A stretch of 64,000 bases of DNA from Selaginella moellendorffii (Eukaryota > Plantae > Lycopodiophyta). Below the pieces are notes generated by a model. The model saw only the letters and a program-made list of their open reading frames with translations. It had not been told where the DNA came from and did not search any database. The DNA is taken from positions 1,805,544-1,869,543 of the forward strand of contig NW_003314269.1 in the NCBI RefSeq assembly GCF_000143415.4, written 5' to 3'. Positions 46,101-60,400 of this stretch are shown in pieces. How positions within the stretch are numbered: position 1 is the first letter of the stretch; every line of letters begins with the position of its first letter. The position numbers were made by a program, and so were the translations under genes.

Positions 46101-47938
46101 TGCTGCTATTACTTCATTATTGAAGCAAAAGAATCTGGTTGGTCGTACTGCTCAATGGGCTTTGAAGCTTTAAATATATTATTTTGATGTTGTTCATCAC
46201 CCAGGGAGTTCTATGGTTGATGCTGATGCCCTTTCTTGAGCTCCTCTTCCTTCTCCATTCTCTTCTCATGTTTTTGATGAGCCTGTTGTTCCAGCCTCTG
46301 TCGATTTTCTAGACGAGGATTCTGTGCCATTGGCGGTTGCTGTACTTGACGTTCAGTGCCTTGTATGCACAGAGCAAGATCTACCTTCTCTTGATGAGGT
46401 TTGCAAGGCTCAAAAAATTGAGCCGTGGATTCGAAGGCTTCGAGATGAGTTTGAGAATCCTACATCACTTGCTGATGACTTGCCTTTCCGGCATTTACAT
46501 TTTTAATATCGCCTTCTTTATTTTGTGGGGACGGATCCTAATGATCATTTACGGCTGGTAGTGCCTTCTATCTTTATTCCATGGTTTCTCCATGCCTACC
46601 ATGATTCTTCTATTCTAGGTGGGCATATGGGACATCATCGTGTAACCGAGAAGCTACGTAGGTCTTTCTATTGGCCGGAGATGCGATGTGATATTATTCG
46701 GTATGTGCATAGCTGCGTTTGGTGCCAAGCTCGTAATACTCCCCCTCGGGTTGCGGAAGGACGGTTGGAGTCAATTGCAATTTCCCGTTTGTTTGAGTTG
46801 GTGGTGTTTGATCTTATGGCACCTTTTCCACGGTCAACTGCTGGCAATGAGTATGTTATTATTGTTTTTGACTACTTGATTCATTGGGTGGAAGTTGGTG
46901 CTTTTGCTAGTGCCTCTGTAATTGCTATTGGATACTTCCTCCTCAATCGAGTGGTGTTTTAGCATTCTTATCTAAAGCGGATTCTTTCGGATAATGGTCC
47001 CGCATTTATGGTTGAGGCATTTCATATTTTGACGTCTCAGTTGGGGATACACCACACTTTCACGAGTGCTTATCATCCACAATCAGACGGTCTAGTGAAA
47101 TGGCTTGTTCGGACATTCAAGGGGATGATTGTGAAGTATGTGAACTTTCAACATTCGGATTGGGATGGTTATTTGCCATCTCTTCAGTATGCATATATCA
47201 CAGGGGTGCAGAGTTATGTTGGTGCTTCACCATATAAACTTCTATATGGTCATGATCCAATATTACCAACAGTGCTGAGTTTACCTTCGTGATTGCCACG
47301 AACTGTGGATGCTAGGTCATGGGATCAGTATTTGACGAGCATTCTTCCACTTATCTGAGCAGAGTCTGCCAAACACTTAGGCCGCATACAAGTAGGTTAA
47401 CAATGGTGGTACAACTCACCTGTAGAGTACAAAGTGGATGATTTGGTATTAGTCCGTTTTCCCCATCTTACTGTATGTGGTTTATCTAAGGGGCTCCTTG
47501 CACAGTGGAAAGGACCGTATCAGGTGTTGCGGCAAGTTGGACCACAAGTTTATGAGGTTCGGCATGACGTCCAGCAACCCGATCCTCCAGAGATTGTGCA
47601 TGTGCAGCAGTTGAAACGCTTCATATAAAGGGATCAGGAGCAGTTAATACCACCTACAAATCCGCCGATGCCTCCTCCTGACGTTCCTCCAGATCCCGGC
47701 CTACAAGAGAACCCTGATGGTCTTCCATTATTCCGAGAGGAGGGGATGATGTGAGGGCCAAGTGTATGACTACAATGCCGTATACTAATATTAGTGTAGT
47801 GGGATTTTTGTAGCCGTCGAATTGGTTTCAATCTGGACCACTCGCTCCTGTATATAAGCTAGGGTTTTTGGGCTAATTGATATAGACATTTCTATATTCC
47901 CTTTCCATATTCCGAGTAAATATTTTAAAACCCTAAAA
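43166..47938 (+). mobile_element. Decayed Ty3/gypsy retrotransposon A; 3' LTR starts at 47750 and is interrupted at 47938
   Basis: Gag (PIPMEVD, Zn knuckle ..CDEVGHIYRRC), RT (RFCIDYRPLN, LDLASRYWQV, FIDDVLIHS), RNase H, integrase (GGHMG, CVWCQ, AYHPQSDG, WKGPY); PPT GAGAGGAGGGGATGA followed by TG. Confidence 0.92.
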
Positions 47939-49745
47939 TGTAGTGCATGTAGTTTTCACCCTTTATCCTATAGTGATTTAGTATAGGATAACTATAAAGT
48001 AGAATTTAAACCCACTATATACCATATGTCACATGCCATATGTTATGTCCCAAGAATAATGGAGTGGAATTTGAGTTTTAGGGCCTTGGGCCACTTAACG
48101 AATGAATAGAGCTAAACTCTTAAACTTCTAGCCAAGGAGTGAAAGAACTGGAGCATGGAGTGACTCTTCCACCAGCTAACATGGTATGGAAATTAGGCTT
48201 AAACCCAAACTAGATGTAAAACAAGGATAAATATGCAATTGAGAACTAAATTATGCCTTTGGTTGGTCGGCTATGCCCGACATACCCACTATCCCTATTA
48301 TACATTTGGAAACCCCCCTCCTTGAAGAACAACGCTTTGGGCTTTCACCCTTAGCCACCTTACTATCAAGAGTTAATCTTTAGGACTAATTCGAAACTTA
48401 CTAAATATGGAATGACACTAAATTATGAATTTAGACATTGGACCAACACTATTGTGTTGAAGACAATCTCTACATTCCATAGATATGCCAAATTAGTAAA
48501 TCTAAACACTTTCCATAAATAGCAATTAGAACCAAATGGTATTAACAGAAGGTGCATGATAGCGAGAGTGTTTGGCAAACATAATAAACTATCATCTAGC
48601 AATATTGAGAGACTAGTTTTAAGATGTGAGAGTTTTTGTCAAGCTAGTGCAAGACAAAGCAAAAGAGAATTAAAAATTAAGCCAAGTATACTCAACAAGA
48701 AATATATAGGAGTTCCTACTTTATATTCATTTGGCTAAGTATAGGTGTTAAGTCTAGTTTACTAAACACTTGAATAAGAGGGGCTGAGAAGGGAACCAAC
48801 AATACTGACCTTCTGCTGTTGTAGCAGTAAGGAAAGAATATCCAAAAGGACTAGCTGACAAGTAACTTTTGATACCCAAATTCACATTCGCAACACTCTC
48901 TCCCCTTTAGAGAAGATCAGCATCCTTATTGATGCATACTCTAGTCTAGAACACCACTAAGGAAATAACCCTAAAAAAAGTTTATGGTATTCACACTTTG
49001 TGATAAATGTATTAACTTAAATGAGTTATAAGGCAATTTCTTTCTTTAACACGAATACACTACCAACTCAAACACTTTCTAGCCATCACCAACAAGGAAA
49101 TGATTAACGTAGTTAGCCACCCTTGCTGCTCTAGGTGTCACCCAACTTACAAAAGTGATATCCTCTTATGTGCAAGGATATAGAGAAAGAAGCCAGAAGC
49201 CCCAACCCTTATGAGCAAAGAAACCAAACTCATCTATAAAGTTTAGATAGACTATTGTAAACAAGCAATTAGAGTTGTTTACATGGTGACACCCTTTTAA
49301 TGGAATAAGGAACATTGAGAGAGAGGCGGGTGATATGACTAATCGACAGTAGTTACCCCATGACTAGAGATTTTACCATACACATGAAGTGCTAAAGCCA
49401 ATTTGCATATACTAACCCAAACTCAAAGATCAATAAATGACAATATCAAAGTTAGAGACAATGATATCTTAAAGACTATATTATCAGTGAATAAATCTTA
49501 GATTAGAACACAAAAGTATTCTAAGTAAGTTATCATTTGATAAACTAGAAGTATAGTATAGGAACCACTAAGATCATTAAAGGTTAAACTCATAGGATTA
49601 ACCACACCAAAATTCAATATGATAAAATTTAACTATCAAACTTTATAGATAGTATGCTAAACAATTTACGAAAGATAGCCCAAAGAACACAAAGTATTAT
49701 CAATTAGCAAACAAAATGCTTGCAAATATATCACCCGAAGGCAAT
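47939..49745 (-). mobile_element. Old copy of the non-autonomous LTR family: 3' LTR (47939-48895), PPT and 3' internal region
   Basis: Diverged reverse complement of ~59700-61707. Confidence 0.8.
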
Positions 49746-52700
49746 TGTCGTAAATGTGATTTCAGATATCAAAAGTTACCTATTGGTTAGTCCTTTCGGA
49801 TATTCTTTCGTTACTGCCACAATGGCAGGAGGTTGATATTGTTGAACTCATTATCAGTTCCCACTTGAGTTAGTTGAGAAACTGATCAATGACCATGCAC
49901 TTAAATTGGATAAACATAAGGTAGGAACCCTATGTGTTTTTTGCTAAGCATACTCGGCCTAGTTTGAAAAACTTGTGTCATTGGCTTGCACTTGTTAATA
50001 TCAAGAACCCTTGCGATATTGAGATTGGTCCCTCAATATTCGCTAGATAATAGCTTACCGTGTTTGCCAAACACCTTCGCTATCTTGCCCTTTGTATTAG
50101 TCTTATTTTGGTCTTAAATGTTATTTATGGAAAGTGTCTAGATTTGCTCATTTGGCATATTTACAAAATTTAGAAATTGTCTTGAACACAATAGTGCTCA
50201 TCCCATGTCCAAATTCGCAATTTAGGGACATTCCATAGTTTTGAATTTGTCCTAGAGACTATGGGGTGGGGATGGGGGTGGGGTTGGGGGTGGGGGGGGG
50301 GGGATATGGGGGGTTCCAAATGCATAGTAGGGATAGTGGGTGGGTTGGACATGGCTAACCAACCTAAGGCATAATTTAGCTTTTGCTTGCATGTTTGTCC
50401 TTATTTTGCGTCTAACTTGGGTCTAAGCCCAAGTTCTATACCAAGCTAGTTGGTAAAGTACCCAAATCCTCGCGTTATGCCGAAATAGCGCTAAACCTTA
50501 TTTGGCTCTATTTTAGGTGCTGGTCTTAGCATTAGGATGTTGGATGCTCTAGAACTGTTCCAAGTCACTTTGTGCTTCTGTCCCTTTACTCCTTGGGTTA
50601 TATGCTCAAGAGTTGCTTTGTGGTCCGATTCCATCATTCCTTAGCTCCATGCTTAGGAATTTGGCTCCGTACTTTCGTTCAATGGCCCAAGGCCTTGAAA
50701 CTCAGGTTTCACACCACTATCTTTTGGACACGTGGCATGTGACATGTGGCACATGGAGGGTTTAGGTTTCGTTTCATGGTTATCCTACGGTAAATCACCA
50801 TAGGATAAAGGGTAAAAACTACATGCATTACATTTGGTATTAGAGGATGAGTCTCGGCAAGTACTATCCAATAAGATTGGGCAACTAGTCTCATTACATA
50901 TACAGAGATGAAAACGATGATTTGAGTGAGTATACATTTGGGTGCAAAGGCTTCGCAATCATTCCTTGGGTAAGGATTTTGTTACCTTTTTGTACCATAT
51001 TGTGTGAGCTTGTGCTTGGGCTTATAAGATGGACTGAGATGTTCTGTTTGCACAAGTTTGCGCTTGGGCTTGTGAGTGAGGCACATTAGCATGAGTTTGC
51101 GATTGGGCTTGGGAGTGAGGCATATTAGCAACTCAAGGTTACACTTTGAGTTGGCAAAATTAATATTAGCCTATTGGTGGTTCCATGAGTTGTTCCATGT
51201 ACCATTAGTGAAAGTAAACCTTCCTTAGGTTTGCTATGAGTGGCAAATAAGCTAATCCATAGCTGTTTCACACAACACTAGTGGATCCTTCCTAGGTATG
51301 ATTATGAGTGAATCAATCAAGATTATAGGGATTAGCTATTGGTTCAAGTAGTCATTGCCGTGCTCTTTCATAAACTTTTCTTGGATTGGACTGAAGGTAG
51401 TGCGAACATAAGCTTAAGGTTAAATCAAAGTTAAGACCAAAAAGAGAGTCGTCAAGGACGAAAGATTAAACACGTAAATCATTTTCTCTTCTTGGAGATA
51501 TGATTTGCAACGAAGTGTGACTCATTACTCGTATTTACGTTATATAATCAAAAGTTCCTACCTTGATGCATATTAATTATGGTGGTTTTACAAATGGTGA
51601 GTTGTGGGATGGATAACGGTGGAGTGCTAAACCATTTTGTTTAGGCTTGTTATTGAAGGCTTGGGGTTGCAATACTCAATTCTTTTCCAGGAAACCCTAC
51701 TATTGCTCCTTGAGTAGCTTGGTGTTAGATTAATTTTGAGTTTGGTCAAAAAGAGAGTGGCATGAACTTATCTGTGTTATGAACAAAAGTTAGTGGTATT
51801 GAGTGTTATAAGTTTCTATCAGTGGGGTGTGGCATTTATGTTATTTTGTCAAATCGATTTAATACTTGATACTTATATAAACCTTTATAGTAATGACATG
51901 GGTGTTGCTTGTAGTGCTGCTTAATTAATGATCAAATCTTTGTGATCTTTATATCATATCCATGTGATAATGAACAATGTGTTTACAAAGTTTTTTGGGT
52001 AAATGATGATCAACCCTAAAATGGTTGATGGTGAAATTAGTCTACTTATAGGTAGTAGCATTGAAGTAGCTTTGATTTAATTCTTGATGACAATCCATTA
52101 TGTTAAGCTTAAGTTAGTAGCTTATTTCTTGGGGAGTTTGCCCATTTAGATGTTGGAAGAAGGCATTCATTTGCTATAACTTGTTAATTGATCAATTAGC
52201 ACTTGGAGTAGATTATTGGAGAAGGTGTGTAGTTAAGGCATTGACAATGTTAACACTTGTGTTAATAGAAGTGGCATTGTTATTTTAAGTGATAAGGAAT
52301 TTTCCTTAGACCTTGAGGACCTTGAGGACTTTTTTGAGCAAAATTTTTAGTGTTTTGGCTTCACATTAAATTTTGAAGGTGATTAAAAAAGAGTGTTAGT
52401 GCAATATGGATATCTAAAGATATGGTCTTCGTGATTAAGCCTTGGATGTTCATTTTAGATTTTGCAAATGTCAGTGTTGGATGTAAAAAATATAGGCATG
52501 ATGTTCAAGGATTAAATATAGTATGGGTCATGAGAATTAGTGTTGAGGTGAACCTATGGGAAGTTGTTAGTAGGAGGAAGTTGATTGAATCTTGAAAGTT
52601 TGTAATCTTAGACTGAGAGTCATTCTTTCTCTAAGATGGAAAAATTTCCACAATTTTTCTTAGACTTCTTCAATGGCTAATCTATTAATCACTTTGCTCA

Positions 52701-52898
52701 AAAACCATTCTGTTTTCATAAGTTAGTACAAATTAGTGAAGGGGTTAGAGTTGATTTTGGTTAATTTAGCCTTAGTAGGTAGTTTGTATGATGTGCTCGA
52801 AAGGGATGTTGACTTTCAGGGGTAAGGCAATTGAATTGAATAGAGTCTGGAGTTGGTGTAGAAAAGTGGATACTACACTTTTCTAAAAAGGTGACCCT
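49746..52898 (+). mobile_element. Second copy of the non-autonomous LTR family: 5' LTR (49746-50832), Met-type PBS, internal region cut at 52898
   Basis: Homologous to 54435-57612; TG...CA LTR; PBS TGGTATTAGAGG. Confidence 0.85.
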
Positions 52899-54434
52899 TG
52901 TCAAGAATCCCCCAATTCTTGCCACATTCCTGACTTTCGTCGGATTCCTGACCCATAGATCATATTCCTAACTCTCGAGACACTTCCCTATTCCTGACTC
53001 TTTGATTTCCTATACGATTTGTGATTCTCGAACCACATTCCTATGATGATGTGGCACCTCCTCGACCTCAATTATATTTAGGCCGTCCTCAATCCAAGAG
53101 TGGTTGAGCTTCATCAACTTATAGTATATATAGGTTAGCCTTGTTCAATTTCTCCACAATCTGAATCAATGCCAATTTAAGGCTTTTTCTTCATCTCCAC
53201 TAGTTTTTCTCTTTGTCTTTTGCATTTTCTAGTCCTGATCTTGTTGGGAGTCTTGATAGTTTGGTTCAGATTGTGTTTTTCTCTTTTGCTTTAGCTCATT
53301 TGATTGTTTATTTACCTTTGTCTTTTTCCCCCTTTCTTTCTTCTTTGCCAATGGAGTCTCCAAGCCATCCTAATTCCTTTGCCGAAGTCCTTGCAAAAAT
53401 CCAATATGAGAATACCGAGCTGAAGGTGGCCTTTCTTCACATGCAATAGGAGCTTGCTTCAATTTTGGCTCAAGGATCAAGCAAAGTTCCTGAACCAAAA
53501 GTGAGTTTCCCGGCAAAGTTCTCAGGCAAGCGTTCGGAGCTTCATGGATTCTTAAACCAAATGGAGCTAATCTTTGCACTTCAATATCGGCAATACCCCA
53601 CTCCCAAGTCTTAAATCGGTGCGATCAGGACGTTGCTCGAAGGTGCAGTTTTGTCATGGTTTTCTCCTCTCCTGGAGAAGAGCATGAAAGGGGTCATGGT
53701 TCCGGAGCTGATGGATCTTCAATTGTTCAAAGACAAGCTCGAAGCATGTTTTGGAGAGATGGATTGGGTTCGGGCTGCCACTACAAAAATGAGATGTCTC
53801 TCTTAGGGGTCTCATCTTGCCTCAATCTATGCTGCAAAGTTCCAACTCCTTGCCTTGGACACTCAGTGGGATGAGCGAGCCTTGATTGATCAATTTCGTT
53901 TCGATCTCAACAATGGTGTCAAGGATTTGTTGCTCACCATGGAGGATCCCACGGACCTGTCGGACGCCATCAACAAAACTGTTTGATGTGACAATCATCT
54001 CTTTGAACATCGTCAGGAAAGTCGCCGCACCGCCGTTTTCCCATCTCAGACTTAGGAATCCCATCTTGAGTCTTCAAGGCATACTCCTGAACCTACTGCT
54101 CTAGTCCCAATGGATATTTCTAATACTCTCTGATTCATTAGAGAGAAGCTGAGTCCTGCTAAGAAGCAATGTCAAGTATCTTAGAATCTTTACCTCTACT
54201 GTGTTGATCCTAATCACAAAGCAGTTGTGTGTCCCAAGAAGCCTCCCCGACTGCTCGAGTTCACCTAGCCTCAAGGTCCACCTCTGTTGCAATCAGGAAA
54301 TGACCCTGTCCAAACAGAGTAGGAGCTGTCTATTTGGACTCCCCGAATAAAAATCACTTTTCTTTTTATCAAGCTCCTCACCACCTTTCATCAAAGCCAC
54401 CACCAATTCTTGCAACTTCCACATCCTATGTCTC

Positions 54435-57400
54435 TATCGCGCATGTGACTTCGGGTATCGAAAGTTACCTGTCGACTAGTCCTTACGGACACTCTTACCT
54501 TACTGCCACGATGGCAGGAGGTCGGTATTGCTGGTTCCTTTTATTAGCCCCTCTTGTTCAAGTGTTAGTTTACTGGGCTTAGCACCTGTACTTAGCCAGA
54601 TGGACATAAGGTAAGAACTCCTATGTGTTTCTAGCTGAGCATACTTGGCCTGGCTCTTAGTTCTCTTTTGCTCTGTCTTGCACTGGCTTGACAAGAACCC
54701 TCGCGTATTGAGATTGGTCCCTCAATATCACCGGATGATAGCTTACCGTGTCTGCCAAACACCCTCGCTATCATGCCCTTTGTGTTGGTCTCATTTCGGT
54801 CCCAAATGCTATTTATGGAAAGTGTTCAGATTTGCTCATTTGGCATATCTACAGAATGTAGAGATTGTCCTGAACACAATGGTGTTCGTCTCGTGTCCAA
54901 ATTCGCAATCTAGGGACATTCCATATTTAGTAAGTTTCGAGCTTGTCCCAGAGACTAACTCCTGATACTAAGGGAGGCTTGGGGTGAAAGCCCAAAGCGT
55001 GTGTTCCTCAAGGGGGGGGGGGGGGGGGGGGGGGGGGGCTGTGGGGGGTTCCAAATGTATAGTAGGGATAGTGGGTAGGTCGGGCATGGCCGACCAACCT
55101 CAAACATAGTCTAGCTCCCACTTGCGTGCCTGTCCTTGTTCTGCGTCCGGCTTAGATCTAAGCCCAAGTTCCATTCTATGTTAGTTGGTGGAATACCCAT
55201 ATCCTCACGTTAGGCCACCGGTATGCCGAAATAGCGCCAGACTTCGTTTGGCTCCGTTTTGCGTGCTGGTTTTAGCATTGGGATGCTGGTTGCTCCAAAA
55301 CTGTTCCAAGTCGCTCCGGGCTCCTGTCCCTTCGCTCCTTGGGCTTTATGCTTGGGAGTTGCTCCGTGGTTCGGTTCCGTCACTCCTCAGCTCCATGCTT
55401 GGGAGTTTGGCACCGTTCCTTCGTTCAGTGGCCCAAGGCCTTGAACCTCGGGTTCCTATGGACACGTGGCATGTGACACGTGGCATCTGTCACGTGGCAC
55501 AAAGAGGGTTTAGGTTCCGCTTCATGGTGTTATCCTATGGTAAATCACCATAGGATAAAGGGTCAAAACCACGTGCGCTACATTAGGTATCAGAGGATGA
55601 GTCTCGGCGAGTACTATCTAATGAGATTGGGCAACTAGTCTCGTTGCATACGCAGAGATGAAAACGATGGTCCGAGTGGGTACACGTTTGGTGCAAAGGG
55701 TTCACATTCGTTCCTTGGGTATGGTTTTGGTTACCTTTTGTACCTAATAATGTGAGCTTGCTCTTGGTCTCATAGGATGAATTTGAGATGCTCCGTTAGC
55801 ACGAGTTTACACTTGGACTCGTGAGTGAGGTGCATTAGCAACTCGAGGATATGCTTTGAGTTGGCAGGATTAATGTTAGCCTATCGGTGGTTCCATAAGT
55901 TGTTCCATGTACCGTGGGTGAAAGTAAACCTTCCTTGAGTTTGCTATGGGTGGCAAATAGGCTGGTCCATAGCTATTTAGCATGGCACTAGTGGATCCTT
56001 CCTAGGCATGATTACAAGTGAGTAAACCAAGACTGTAGAGATTAGTCTATTGGTTCAAGTAGTCATTGTTGTGCTCTCTCATAAACTTTTCTTGGATTGG
56101 ACTGAAAGCAATGCAAATGCAAACTTGAGATTTAGTCAAAGATGAGACCGAAAAGAGAGTTGTCAGGAACGAAGGATCAAACACGTAAATCATTTTCTCT
56201 TGGAGAGATGATTTGTAACGAGGTGTTAATTCATTGCTTGTGTTCACATTATGCAATCAAGAGTCCTTACCTTGATGCATGTTGGAAATGATCATCTTAC
56301 AAGTGGTGAGTCATGGGATGGATAGCGGTGAAACGTTATACCATTTTGTCTAGGCTTGCTATAAAAGATTGGGGTTACAATGCTCAATGCTTTTCTGGGA
56401 ACCTTGCTATTGCTCTTTGAATAGCTTGGTGTTGGATTAGTTTTGAGTTTGGTCGGAAAGAGAGTGGCATGTGCTTATCCATGTTGTGAACAAAAGTTAG
56501 TGGTGTTAGGTGTTGTAAATCTCTATCGGTGGAGTGTGGCATTTATGTTGCATTTTGTCGAGTTGAGTTGGCACTTGATATTCATGTAAACCTTTGAAGT
56601 AATGACATTGGCATTGCTCGTGGTATTGCTCAATTGATGATCAAGTCATTGTAATACTTATATCATATCCATGTGATAGTGAGCAATGTGTTTACGAAGT
56701 TGCTAGGTTAAATGATGATCAACCCCAAAGTGGTTGATGGAGAAGCTAGTCTACTTACATGTAGTAACATTGAAGTAGCTTTGACTAGATTCTTGATGGT
56801 GGTCCATTATGTTAAGCTTAAGTTGGTTCCTTGTTTCCTTAAGGGTTTGCCCATAACGTGTTAGAAAGGGTTATAGCATTCACTTGCTATAATTTGTTAG
56901 TTTATCCATTAATACTTGGAGTAGATTGTTGGATAGAGAAGGTGTGAGGTTGAGGTATTGATATTGTTAGCACTTGTGTTAGTGGAAGTGGCATTGTTGT
57001 TCGAGTGATGAGGAATTTTCCTAAAAGCTTGATTTTCCATGTCATTTTTCTTGTTAGTGTTTTGGCTTCACATTGGATCTTGAAGGTGATTGAAGAAGAG
57101 TGTTAGTGCAATGTGGATATCCGAAGATGTGGTCTTCATGATCAAGCCTTGGATGTTCATTTTGCATTTGCGGATGTCAGTGTTAAATGTCGAAAGTATA
57201 GGCAAATAAAGATGTTCAAGGCTTAAGCATACTATGGGTCATGAGAATTTGTGTTGAGGTGAACCTATGTGAAGTTGTTAGTAGGAGGAAGTTGGTTTAG
57301 TCTTGAAAGTTTGTATTCCTAGACGGAGAGTCATTCTTTTTCTAAGATGGAAAGTTTTCCACAAATTTTTCTTAGACTTTTCCAATAGCTGATCTATTAG

Positions 57401-60400
57401 TCATTTTGTTCGAAAACCATTCCGTTTTCGAAACCCAATACAAACTAGTGAAGGGGTTGGAGTTGACTTCGGTTAGCTTAAACCTTAGTATGTAGTTTGT
57501 ATGATGCAGCCCGAAAGGGATGCTAACTTTTGAGGCTAAGGCAATTGAGTTAGATAGAGTCTGGAATTAGTGTAAAAAAGTGGCTATTGCATTTTTCTAG
57601 AAAGGTGACCCTTGTGCCTTTCTTTTGTAACGTTATGCTTGGTGGCAAGTTGCATTTTGCATTTCGTTAGACTCTATGAGAGTAGTGAGCTCTCACTGAT
57701 CTTGACTTAGTCTTGGTGGCCCTGCGCCTTGGCTGAGGATGGTGATGTTCAATTTAATTGTTTGAGTTTTAGATGTTGGTACCCATACTATAGCTTTGTC
57801 TATGAGGAGGTTGTGTACCGATATGAGTCCATCTCATGATCTTCACTTTAGCTTCGACTAAGTGTTGGTCATGTATAGCTAGCCTCTTCAAAGGCATGCT
57901 CAAAGCTATTGACTAGATGTATTGATGAGTTTATCACGGTTGAGTTGGATTTGAGTGGTCATTTAGTTCGTGCTTGTCTATGAACCTTTATCTCGTACTT
58001 GAGGTATCACGTTCATGTTGGACAAGTGTATGACTAAATGACGTGAGTTTAGTGTTTTGATCTCGTGAAAGTAAGTTGAAAAAGTGATAGTTAGTTGCTT
58101 TGCGACTAATGATTGCTTATAGACTTCATCGAGGACTGTTTAACACTTGCTTCACTCAATGAAGATTTAGCAGTGATGGGTTTACTTTACTAGATGGTGT
58201 TGCGGAGGATCGTGTTGTTAAACTTACATGGGTTTTCCATGTTGGCATGTCAACTCTACCTCTGTCGATGTCATTTGGTTGCATTTAGCCCATGGTGTTG
58301 GATTTCATTGAGTCTTGGATGTGGTGATTCACTCCTTGAGGAAGTGTTATCTGTATCTAAGTAATGTTGAAGGATTGGTCTCGGATACTAACTAAAGTAT
58401 CTTCGACTTTGGTTAGCTTGGTTGCTAGAGAGCTTTGAGTGGTGATACACTTGTGCTTTCTTCTAACTTTGTTCTAGTGTTGATGGCATTGAGGTGATAC
58501 CTTGTCGTTGACATTGTTGATGTTGAGATTTTAGTGAAATGAAATGTCTCTCCACAAGATTGATGTCGAGTTTCATTAGTTTTGATAAAGATAGTGTTGA
58601 TGATTTGGCTATAACTTTGTGTTATTAGCATTCATGCATTTGCTAGTTAGCAACTGTGTTGACGTTCAAATGAACTAAGTGGCAAGTTTGAGTTAGTTGT
58701 GTTCTAAACGAGATTATTTAGTAGGGGTTGAGCTTTGAGCTTTTCCTTGAAAAGTGGTTTAGTCATGGACTATGCTAACTTTACAAGTGGAAGAGTTAGT
58801 GATTGATATTGGAATATTTGAATTCTTATGGGATTTTAGTTGAAATATATCGATCATTGATGATTCTTCTTGTGCTTGTTATGAAGTGAGTTACGTCTTG
58901 CTATAGATGGATTCATGAGGGATTATTTGGTGATCATTTGTTGAGCATAGCTTCATTATGCTTAGCTTTTGGATTGATGCAGATATGCTCTTCATTAGCT
59001 TTGGCATTATAAAGTTTAGCTTATGGAAGTGTTGAAGAGGATATTGAAGGTTGTACCATAAATTTTTTTTAGCATTGACATTAGTTCATGCAAGACTTGT
59101 GATCATTATTAGGCAAGACTTGGCTATAAGCTTCTTCAAGCTTTTGGTTCCTTGAGTTTTCATGCTTGTGGACAATTGGTTAGAAGTTGTTGGGGAAGGC
59201 ATTTTAGCTCATTAGCTTCGCTATTGAAGTTAGTATTTGCATCTGGCAATCATTGGTAATGATTAACTGTCATCTAGGATAGTTGATTATCCTTGTCAAA
59301 GATGTTACTTGATTATTGTTGATATAGACTGAGTTGCTGTTCTTCGGGATGGTAGATTCTTTCTTTAACGATGATTTTGCATCTCTTTCTTGATGGGATG
59401 ATTGATGTTCTTTCATGATGGTTAGTTGTTCTCTTTGATGGCTTTTGGCTTTTCGCAATACCACATGTTCTTTGTGGTTTGCTCTGGATTGGTCTCTTGG
59501 GTTTGAGACATCACTAGGATGTTGCTGACACTTGCTTGAGCAACTCTCGTTCCTTGGTATTATTGACCGGGGTCTATAAAAGTTAGCTAGTGCAATAGTT
59601 GACATGAACGAGTGTTTGTTGGCCATGTAACATTCATTCTATTCTGTTGATTGTTGCTCGAGTTAGCTCTGATAGATTGGAATATTATTTCCTTTAGGTG
59701 ATGCATTCACGGGCATCTTGCTTGCCAGTCAATGATACTTTGTGTTCTTTGAGTTATTTTTTGTAAGTTGTTTAGCATACTATCTGCCATCTTCAGTAGT
59801 TAAGTTTTGTCGTTGAGTTTTCTCAATGATACGCTTGCTATTGAGTTTTGTTGGATGGTGAATCTTATGTTTACCAATTATGATGATCTTGGTGGTTCCT
59901 ATATACTATAATCTTGGTTTATCGGATGATAACTTGTTTAGAATACTTTTGTGTTCTACTCTAAGATATAATCACTGATAATTAAGCTTCTAAGATATCA
60001 TTGTCTCTGACTTTGATATTGTCCATCTATTGATCTTTGAGTTTGGGCCAGTATAGGCAGACTGGTTTCGGCACTTCATGTGCATGTTGAAATCTCTAGT
60101 CATGGGGTAGCTACTGTCGACTAGTCACATAACCCGCCTCTCTGTTGATGTTCCTTATTTCGTTGAAAGGGCGTGACCGTGTAAACAACTCTAACTGCCT
60201 GTTTACAGTAGTCTATCTAAACCTTACCGACGGGTTTGGTTTCTTTGCTTAGGAGGGTTGGGGCCTCTGGCTTCTCTCTCTATATCCCTGCGGGCAGGGG
60301 TGTATCACACTTTTGTAAGCTGGGTGACTCCCAGAGTAGCAAGGGTGGCTAACTCTGTTGGTCATTTCCTTGTCGGCGACGGCCGGAAGGTGTCTGAGCT

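Noticed and set aside
54500-55553. ORFs duplicated at 60634-61678
   Set aside because: They lie in the twin LTRs; the duplication reflects LTR identity, and the frames are broken in older copies.
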